Assembly: GCA_019058245.1 (NCBI GenBank)
Contig: JAHPZJ010000031.1
Location: forward strand, 1-56,541
Reading direction: 5' to 3'
Length of the DNA: 56,541 nt
From: Promethearchaeota archaeon
Lineage (GTDB): Archaea > Asgardarchaeota > Lokiarchaeia > Sigyniarchaeales > SOKP01
Positions within the stretch are counted from its first letter, which is position 1. Each line of letters starts with the position of its first letter. Under the pieces are notes generated by a model, which saw only the letters and a program-made list of their open reading frames with translations, was not told where the DNA came from and made no database searches. This document shows positions 1 to 7,517 of the stretch, in pieces. Position numbers and translations under genes: made by a program.

Positions 1-1
1 G

Positions 2-310
2 CGTGTTGAATTACATCCTGATATTGAAGGTACCGCAGAGAAAATTGAAAAATCAATAGTAGAGAAAGCTTTCATAATAGATAGAAAAAAAGAAAGCGAA
101 CTTCAAAGAAGAGAACTTCATCCTGATATTGAAGGTACAAGTGAAAAAATATTTAGTACCGTAGAAAAACAAGCAAAAAAAATTGAAGAGCAACGTAGAC
201 TTGATGCTCATCAATATGATATTAAATCAGAAGCAAAATCTATAGTAGAAAAATTTGAATCTAAGGTTGATAAAATAAAAAAGGATGAGGATAAACAAAA
301 CACTTCTTAA
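2..310 (+). CDS. 3' end of a hypothetical charged protein with an internal 35-aa repeat (truncated by the window edge)
   Basis: Frame 2 is open from the window start to TAA at 308-310: RVELHPDIEGTAEKIEKS...RRELHPDIEGTSEKIFS...KQNTS*. It is absent from the ORF track because no start lies in the window. Confidence 0.8.
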   Translation, partial: RVELHPDIEGTAEKIEKSIVEKAFIIDRKKESELQRRELHPDIEGTSEKIFSTVEKQAKKIEEQRRLDAHQYDIKSEAKSIVEKFESKVDKIKKDEDKQNTS

Positions 311-314
311 TTAT

Positions 315-812
315 CTAAATACGAATATTAAATTTGAATAGTGAGTTTAAATTCATACTTTCCAATCTTTTTTTGTAATTTAATACTGAAGGATCTACTT
401 CTCCATTAAAATTATTTATGAAATTTTTAAAGCGGATATAAAAATCTTCTACAATCTCCTTCATGATCCCTCTTTCTATTTGTAAGTTTGTTTTTTTTGT
501 AATCCCAATCGCTAATAACCTCCCTTCCCTTTGATATAAGATTCTTGTTCCTCTAAAATTAATCTCTTGTAGTTCTTCATTTGCTCCTATATTTACTTCA
601 TTTATAAATAAATTTATGGCATTTAGGAAACTACAAATTAGGTCATCTTTCAAAAATTTTATATCATCAGAGTATCTATTACTTACAAGTAAGGCTCCTG
701 TTTCATAATCAATGAAGTAAATTGCATGAAATCTACATTCTTGAGATGAGTATTTGTCAAGTTCAAATCCAAACTTCCTTCCAATAGACTTAAAATTATT
801 TTGAATTCCCAT
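315..812 (-). CDS. Longin-like domain protein (Asgard type)
   Basis: Pattern AIYFIDxETGxLL...DDLICSFLNAINLF...LQEINF...ILY...F matches the layout of Asgard longin domains. Confidence 0.6.
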   Translation of the reverse strand: MGIQNNFKSIGRKFGFELDKYSSQECRFHAIYFIDYETGALLVSNRYSDDIKFLKDDLICSFLNAINLFINEVNIGANEELQEINFRGTRILYQREGRLLAIGITKKTNLQIERGIMKEIVEDFYIRFKNFINNFNGEVDPSVLNYKKRLESMNLNSLFKFNIRI

Positions 813-1075
813 TATTCCAACTTTTATTTAAAATAAATTCGTGGAGGTAATATGTATTGAAAATTAGATTTAAATATAAAATACAAATATTATCTCTGTA
901 TTACTGGAGTGTATTATTTGAGCAATCCTATGTAATAAAATTAAAGTAGAATAGTTCTAAAGCTAATAAATAACAATGGAAATAAATAATAAAAAAAATA
1001 AAAATAAAAAAGCAAAAAACTTTATATATCCTCAGTCAAATATAACCTTTAATTACCTTTTAGTTTTTAATTATT

Positions 1076-1540
1076 ATGGAACCAGACAAAAGTGTTCAGA
1101 AAAATAAAATTTCTATAGGTCTGATTATAAATAATAATGAACTTAATAATAATCCCATCTTTCCTTCAGAAATTAAAGAAGAAATATTGAATTCGCCTTA
1201 TTATTTATTAATTTTCATTTCTCGAGAAGATGTTGTAAAAGTAAGTTGTTTTCCAACAAAAAAAAAAAATATTAAAAAAATTCTCGTAAAATTAAAAGAA
1301 TTTTCTCCAGATCTAGTCAAAGGAATATCCAACGTATTAAATGAATTGAATTTAAGCAAAGAAATCCTCCATACTACAGGTTTATGTTATGAAATGGAAA
1401 AATGTTTCTATGAAACGTATCTTATTGGAGATCTCATAGATTCCGGTGAATTAACATTGGATTTAATTAAGGAAAAATTCATGGCAGTTGCAAATGTAAT
1501 AAATGTATTAATCGAAGAAATCCCCAGTCTCAATCAATAG
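1076..1540 (+). CDS. Hypothetical protein
   Basis: 154-aa ORF with normal composition; no recognised motif. Confidence 0.6.
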   Translation: MEPDKSVQKNKISIGLIINNNELNNNPIFPSEIKEEILNSPYYLLIFISREDVVKVSCFPTKKKNIKKILVKLKEFSPDLVKGISNVLNELNLSKEILHTTGLCYEMEKCFYETYLIGDLIDSGELTLDLIKEKFMAVANVINVLIEEIPSLNQ

Positions 1541-1620
1541 AAGATACTTAAAAATAAATAACCTGTTTTCTATTATTTTAGATAGATTAATAGAATTCAA
1601 GAGAGTAGTTTTTTGCACCC

Positions 1621-1827
1621 ATGAGCGAAAAGAAAGTACCTCCTCCCCCAGTATTACCTCCCTCTATTAAGTTAACAGAAAATTTCTGTCTTTTTCATAA
1701 AGGGACTATTCAAGGAGATATATATATATGCCCCAAATGTAAAGCTAAATATTGCTTAGAATGTGCAAAGAAGGCGAAATTAAATGGACAATTATGTATG
1801 AAATGTAAACAATTAATTATAGTCTAA
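1621..1827 (+). CDS. Small RING-like/C1-like zinc-finger protein with N-terminal proline-rich tract
   Basis: CxxH...CxxC-x4-CxxC...CxxC gives 8 potential ligands; PPPPVLPP near the N-terminus. Confidence 0.65.
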   Translation: MSEKKVPPPPVLPPSIKLTENFCLFHKGTIQGDIYICPKCKAKYCLECAKKAKLNGQLCMKCKQLIIV

Positions 1828-1872
1828 ATAACTTCTATAAAATTAAATATTTAATTATAATATATTTAACTT

Positions 1873-2265
1873 TTACACTTGCTTGATCGAAGCAAGTGAT
1901 CTCCAAGCCTTCCAGAAAATTAACCATAAAATAATAAAAATAAAGAAAGAAGTTGCAAAAGTATACCATCCAATAAATAGATCTCCATAAGGTGGCTTTA
2001 AAAATGAGAATGGTATACCTGCCAGAGCAAATCCTACCATATACCCATAACCCCAAAATCGATTCTTTAAAGCAATAATAACTGTAGGAATTATGGTTGT
2101 AAAAATTATTGTAAGATAAGACCAGATCTCCATAGAATCTAAAATAAATATCATATTTACCCAAGATACAATAAATCCTATAAATACCCAAATTATTGTT
2201 CCAATATCTATTTTAAATTCAGGCTCTGGTCTTCCTACTGTTTGATCTTTAATTCTTTCTGACAT
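1873..2265 (-). CDS. Small 4-TM membrane protein
   Basis: ATG start; four hydrophobic segments. Confidence 0.7.
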   Translation of the reverse strand: MSERIKDQTVGRPEPEFKIDIGTIIWVFIGFIVSWVNMIFILDSMEIWSYLTIIFTTIIPTVIIALKNRFWGYGYMVGFALAGIPFSFLKPPYGDLFIGWYTFATSFFIFIILWLIFWKAWRSLASIKQV

Positions 2266-2487
2266 AATTATAGTATATATTTAACTTATAATAATTGACT
2301 ATTAATTTCATTTCATTTGTTTTAAACTCCTTTTAATAAAATTAATTAAGTAGACACCGAAATGATTTTATTTATAAACACATAATGATATATTAATGTT
2401 AAGATAGAAATTTATAATATACTCATATAAAATCATACATAAATATCTAAATTTATAAAAGCAACTATATTAAAACCTAAAAATCTA

Positions 2488-2608
2488 TGACTCCTGCCTA
2501 CACCCTGGATTTTTGTCTTTTGGTAGTGTAAATTCTTACACTCTGATTTCGCCCTCCTCCCCCTATTTTATTTTTGACGCTTATTTGCGTCGCGTAGGGC
2601 AGGAGTCA
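2488..2608. ncRNA. Candidate structured ncRNA (unknown family; a MITE-like element is the alternative)
   Basis: G+C-rich island in an AT-rich intergenic region. Terminal stem TGACTCCTGCCTAC (2488-2501) / GTAGGGCAGGAGTCA (2594-2608) with one bulge. Internal hairpins at 2525-2542 and 2576-2591. Confidence 0.55.
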
Positions 2609-2979
2609 CCCTTTATAACTCTAAATGAATTTATTTCTAATTTTAACGTTTTTTTAAATAAAATACCCTTCTACTCATTTAAAGTTAATTAGATTGAGCA
2701 AGATAAAGCATTGTAAAAACAAAATCATAGTAATATTACAATCTACTATTTAAAGTTAACTTTTATTAATTCTTTTAAAAAAGATTAAATAAAAATTAAT
2801 ATCTAACCATTTTAATAAGGTTAATAATCTTTTTTATTAAGATTACGCCGTTTTTTTAATAACATTTGTCATATTTACAAAGGTATTATAAAGTTTTTAA
2901 GATTAGAAAGGTTAATTAGTAAAATAATTATTCAATAAAACATTTATCTAATTAAAAAATAAACAGAGTATAGATTCAT

Positions 2980-4710
2980 ATGACTGAATTAGAAACTCAA
3001 TCTGCTCATAGAGAAGACGTGGAAATTATTAGAACAACCACGAGCATTTGTCCTGAATGTATGAAACATCTCGCCGCTGAAATTTACGTAGATCCTGAAA
3101 CTAATTGGGTAATGATGCGAAAGACTTGTAAGGACCATGGAGAATTCAAAGATAAGCTATCAATCGATCCTGAAGAATATAAATGGCAACAAAACATTAC
3201 AAACCAAATTGGTTCAACCGTAAATAATTCCACTCAGCCTGAATTTGTAAATTCTGGAATTAAAGAAATTAATAAAGGATGCCCGTATGATTGTGGTATA
3301 TGCGCCAATCATAAAAGTGCACCAAATATATGCTTAATTGATATCACTAATCGCTGTAATTTAGCTTGTCCTATCTGTTTTGCCAATGCTAGTGCAAAAG
3401 GTTATGTAGTAGAACCTACCTTCGAAGAACTCGTCCGAATTATGGAGCATTTCAGATCGATGAAACCTATCCCAGCAGTCTTACTCCAACTCTCCGGAGG
3501 AGAACCTACAGTAAGAGATGATCTCCCAGAAATAATCCGAAAAGGACATGAATTGGGCTTTACGGAAGTTATGGTTACCACCAATGGTGTTCGATTTGGA
3601 AAATCCATAGATTTTATGAAAGCATGTATTGATGCTGGAACGGATGCTATATATCTTCAATTTGACGCTACTGATAGCCCAGAAATATGGAAAAAGATCA
3701 GAGGTGTCAACTTATGGCCACTTAAAAAGAGAGTTATTGAAAATGCCCGAAAATTGGGATTTTATGGCGTTATGTTAGTCCCGGTAATCGCGAAAGGTGT
3801 AAATGACCAAGAAATTGGAAAAATTTTAGATTTTGCTAAAGATAATACTGATGTTGTCTCAGGTCTTATCTTCCAGCCAGTATCATTGACTGGGCGTATT
3901 AGTTTTGAGGAATTGATGGATATAAGATACACCACTTCTGATTTAAAACTGGCAATTAATAAATACACTAATGGATCTGTTACCCAATTTTATCCTATTG
4001 CATTTACTGCGAAATTTACCAGATTGTTAGCATGGTTTGACGACGTTGCGGAATTCGGTATGACAAGTCATAGTGATTGCGGCTTTGCAACTATATGTGT
4101 CATCAATGATAAGGATGAATGGGAACCAATCGAAAACTTTTTTGATGCTGAAGGATTAATTCGATGGGCTAATCAAGTATGGGATATGGTTCAAAAACAA
4201 GAAGTGCCAAAACCTACTGGTTTATTGAAAGGTATTAATCTAGAGGATTTTGGGCAGATTGCTTCCAAAATTGGAAATTTTGTTGATGATATGACCAATT
4301 TAGGATACAGACAGATTATGAAAGCATATTTTTTTGCGGGTGCAGCAAAATATATTAAAAATCCGCAAAAAATTCTTACTAGTAAAACATATCAAGCATT
4401 TGCTCGTTTGGTAATGGCACCAAATTTAGCATCAGCAGGGAAATTTTTCCACGATCGGAACCTGATGGTTAGCTCAATGCATTTTCAAGATGCGTATAAT
4501 TTCGATCTCGATAGAGTCTGTCGATGTCTTGTACATTATGGTGTAATTGATCCAGATGATCCTAGCAAAGTTCGCGAAATTCCGTTCTGCGCCCATAATA
4601 CATTGCATCGTCCTATTATAGAACGACAGCTTGCGATTAAAGGTCAAACAGCTAAAAAACCTGAAGAGATTATGGCAGAAATCGAGGAATTATTAAAAAC
4701 AATGGAGTAA
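2980..4710 (+). CDS. tes: Radical SAM tetraether lipid synthase (Tes/GDGT-MAS, MJ0619 family)
   Basis: N-terminal SICPEC...CxxHG, CPYDCGICxxH, radical SAM motif CNLACPICFA, LSGGEPT, HSDCG, and C-terminal RVCRCLVHY...IPFC. Confidence 0.8.
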   Translation: MTELETQSAHREDVEIIRTTTSICPECMKHLAAEIYVDPETNWVMMRKTCKDHGEFKDKLSIDPEEYKWQQNITNQIGSTVNNSTQPEFVNSGIKEINKGCPYDCGICANHKSAPNICLIDITNRCNLACPICFANASAKGYVVEPTFEELVRIMEHFRSMKPIPAVLLQLSGGEPTVRDDLPEIIRKGHELGFTEVMVTTNGVRFGKSIDFMKACIDAGTDAIYLQFDATDSPEIWKKIRGVNLWPLKKRVIENARKLGFYGVMLVPVIAKGVNDQEIGKILDFAKDNTDVVSGLIFQPVSLTGRISFEELMDIRYTTSDLKLAINKYTNGSVTQFYPIAFTAKFTRLLAWFDDVAEFGMTSHSDCGFATICVINDKDEWEPIENFFDAEGLIRWANQVWDMVQKQEVPKPTGLLKGINLEDFGQIASKIGNFVDDMTNLGYRQIMKAYFFAGAAKYIKNPQKILTSKTYQAFARLVMAPNLASAGKFFHDRNLMVSSMHFQDAYNFDLDRVCRCLVHYGVIDPDDPSKVREIPFCAHNTLHRPIIERQLAIKGQTAKKPEEIMAEIEELLKTME

Positions 4711-4879
4711 TATTTTATTTTTCTCTTTTTTTTCATATAGAGGATATTTAACTTTCCTTTTTTAGTAATAAAATTATTTTTAAAAATTACTTAACCTATT
4801 TAATTAATTTATTCCTATTTTTTTTAGGTAATATATTCATTTTTTATTTTAAATAACAATTAAAAAGAAATTGTGATTA

Positions 4880-5923
4880 TTGAGTATGTTCTATGAAGAA
4901 AGATGCACTCTCTGTGGAGAATGCTTGTCGAAATGTTATTATTTATCATATCCGGAGGCAAAAGCTAAATCGGAGTTTGAAAAGTTGATAAAGGGCGAAG
5001 ATAGCTCGGTGACTAGGGAATGTGTCACATGTATAAGGTGCAATAACATCTGTCCTGAAAATGCAAATCCATTTGATTTGATATCTAAGAGACAAGAAGA
5101 AACTGGAACATTTCCATTCAATAAGGATCGATTAATAAATTATGACATGGTTAGTAAGATTCCTTCAAAGATAACTATAGGTGATCCAGGAAAGTCTGTA
5201 ATGGGGGTTGCCTTAATTCAGAAGGCTCGTTTACCAGGAGTGTTGGAAGGACAACTTTTTGAGGGACTAACTACTTTATCTGGAGGAGATTATTTTTCCT
5301 GGGTCGGTAATGTTCACATTGGAAGACAAAGTTTGGTTAATAAAGAAAATGTTCAAAATCTAGTGGATAATTATGCAAAACTCAATGTTGACGAAATTAT
5401 TTTTTATCATGAAGAATGCTATGTGGTGGTAACTTATTTCGCAAAAGAATTCAATATTGATGTACCTTTTAGACCAATTCACATTTATGAATATTTAAGA
5501 GATTATGTGAAAGAGCATTCAGATCAAGTCAAAAAACTAAATATGAAAGTTGCCTATCATCCCCCATGTTCCTCTAGATATGTCAATGGAATGGATGAAG
5601 TTTTGGATGAGCTTTTTGAATTAATAGGAGTCGAGAGAGTAAAGCGAAAATATGACAGAGAAGGAGCTTTATGTTGTGGATCAGTTCAATCAGCAATGGA
5701 TACTGTTTCTAAAGAAGAAGAGCATGAATGGAGAATGAAAAATATCATGGACGCAAAGGAAGCAGGAGCAGAAGCTTTTGTTCTATTATGTCCTGTATGT
5801 ATTCCTGGTCTTAGAGGCAGAGCAAAAGCACAGGGAATGGAACCCTATATCCTAAGTAACCTCGTACGTTTGGCTTTAGATGAGGAACTCACCCATGGAG
5901 GAGCAGCAAAGAAATTTGATTAA
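4880..5923 (+). CDS. Fe-S oxidoreductase, HdrD/GlpC-like (CCG domain)
   Basis: Two CxxCxxCxxxC ferredoxin motifs, then YHPPC, CCG and CPVC. Confidence 0.8.
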   Translation: MSMFYEERCTLCGECLSKCYYLSYPEAKAKSEFEKLIKGEDSSVTRECVTCIRCNNICPENANPFDLISKRQEETGTFPFNKDRLINYDMVSKIPSKITIGDPGKSVMGVALIQKARLPGVLEGQLFEGLTTLSGGDYFSWVGNVHIGRQSLVNKENVQNLVDNYAKLNVDEIIFYHEECYVVVTYFAKEFNIDVPFRPIHIYEYLRDYVKEHSDQVKKLNMKVAYHPPCSSRYVNGMDEVLDELFELIGVERVKRKYDREGALCCGSVQSAMDTVSKEEEHEWRMKNIMDAKEAGAEAFVLLCPVCIPGLRGRAKAQGMEPYILSNLVRLALDEELTHGGAAKKFD

Positions 5924-6013
5924 CCTCAATTTGAAAAAGAAATTATGCTAAAAAAAACAGATTCTATGAAAAAAAAATCAATTATAAAATTCTCTTTTTT
6001 TGTTATTTTAATT

Positions 6014-7441
6014 TTATGTAGTTATTTTCCATCTTGGTCCTTCTGCCCCATCCTCAATTTGAATACCAACTTCTCTTAATTTTTTTCTAATTTTATCACT
6101 TAATTCATAATTTTTTTCTTTTCTTGATTGTTCTCGAATATTAATTATTATCTCCATTAATTCATTTATTTTTTTATCATCAAAACCTTTCTTTTTAGTG
6201 AAATCAAGTCCTAGAACTCCAAGTAATTCAATAAGAGTATCTCTTGCTTTGTTAAGTATTTCTTTTTTATTATCTAGTGATGAATTAACTTGTTTTATAA
6301 ATTCATAGATTGCAGCAAAAGCTCTTGGAGTATTAAAATCATCATCCATTGCCTCCTCAAAACTACTTCTTACCTCTTTTATTGCTGATTTGAGTGTTTC
6401 ACTATTTCCACCAGAGGAATGTTCAATGTTATTCAAACAATTTCTAATTTTTTCAATATTACTTTTGGCATTTTCTATTACTTTTGGATTCCAATCCACC
6501 GCAGATCGATAATGACCAGAAACTAGGCCCATTCTTACCACAAGTCCTCCATGCTCATCTATTAATTCACGGGCAGTGACATAATTTCCAAGACTTTTAC
6601 TCATTTTCTGACCATTAAGAGTTATAAATTCTGCATGCATCCACCAATTAACAAATTTTTTACCTGTTGCGGCTTCAGATTGAGCAATTTCATTGGGATG
6701 ATGAGTAGGAATATGATCAATTCCCCCTCCGTGAATATCTAATGTTTCTCCTAAATATTTCATTCCCATAACAGAACATTCAAGATGCCATCCAGGATAG
6801 CCTTCTCCCCATGGAGAATTCCATCTCATAATGTGGATTTGATCTCCCTTGCGTGCATTTAACCATAAAGCGAAGTCATAATAATTTCTTTTTAGGGGAT
6901 CTTGAACCACACGTGCTTGTGCTTTTTCTTCATCAAGTTTTAATTTGGCAAGTTTTCCATAATCCTTAAATTTAAAAGTGTCATAGTACACATTTCCTTC
7001 GACTTCATAAGCGTAACCTTTTTCTAGTAAAATCTTAATGATTTCAATCATATCAGGAATTACTGCTGTCGCTCTAGGTGATATGTTTGGTCTTTGAATA
7101 TTTAAATTATCAATAACTTGCCAATATTCTTGAATTTGTTTATCAACAAGTTCCCAAGGATTTATGTTTTCCTCTCTTGCTCTTTTTTCTATCTTATCTT
7201 CACCTTGATCGGCATCATCAGTTAAATGACCTACATCAGTAAAATTTTGAACATGGAATACATCATAACCCTTGTATCGAAGGTATCTTACTACTACATC
7301 CCAAGAACTATAAGTTCTTGCGTTACCTATATGTACATCATCATACACAGTCTGCCCACAAGTATAAATTCTTACTCGGCCTTCCTCTATTGGTTTAAAT
7401 ACTTCCTTTTGCCGAGTCATTGTGTTATAGATTTTAAGCAT
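6014..7441 (-). CDS. cysS: Cysteinyl-tRNA synthetase
   Basis: YTCGQTVY, HIGN, GYPGWHLECS, DIHGGG, HHPNE, KMSKSLGN. Confidence 0.97.
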   Translation of the reverse strand: MLKIYNTMTRQKEVFKPIEEGRVRIYTCGQTVYDDVHIGNARTYSSWDVVVRYLRYKGYDVFHVQNFTDVGHLTDDADQGEDKIEKRAREENINPWELVDKQIQEYWQVIDNLNIQRPNISPRATAVIPDMIEIIKILLEKGYAYEVEGNVYYDTFKFKDYGKLAKLKLDEEKAQARVVQDPLKRNYYDFALWLNARKGDQIHIMRWNSPWGEGYPGWHLECSVMGMKYLGETLDIHGGGIDHIPTHHPNEIAQSEAATGKKFVNWWMHAEFITLNGQKMSKSLGNYVTARELIDEHGGLVVRMGLVSGHYRSAVDWNPKVIENAKSNIEKIRNCLNNIEHSSGGNSETLKSAIKEVRSSFEEAMDDDFNTPRAFAAIYEFIKQVNSSLDNKKEILNKARDTLIELLGVLGLDFTKKKGFDDKKINELMEIIINIREQSRKEKNYELSDKIRKKLREVGIQIEDGAEGPRWKITT

Positions 7442-7517
7442 AAAATAATAAAGAATAGCAAAAAATAAGAATTTTATGGAAGTTTTTAAGATCTACTATC
7501 TTCTACTAAAGTTTAAA

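Noticed and set aside
1835-2191. Alternative-frame 118-aa ORF
   Set aside because: Overlaps the better 1873-2265 membrane protein gene on the same strand.
2487-2531. 14-aa ORF MTPAYTLDFCLLVV* within the structured element
   Set aside because: No SD or coding evidence; base pairing explains the sequence better.
7442-7517. Search for a Cys-rich leader upstream of cysS
   Set aside because: 76-nt spacer with no uORF or Cys codon cluster; cysS is probably co-transcribed with ileS.
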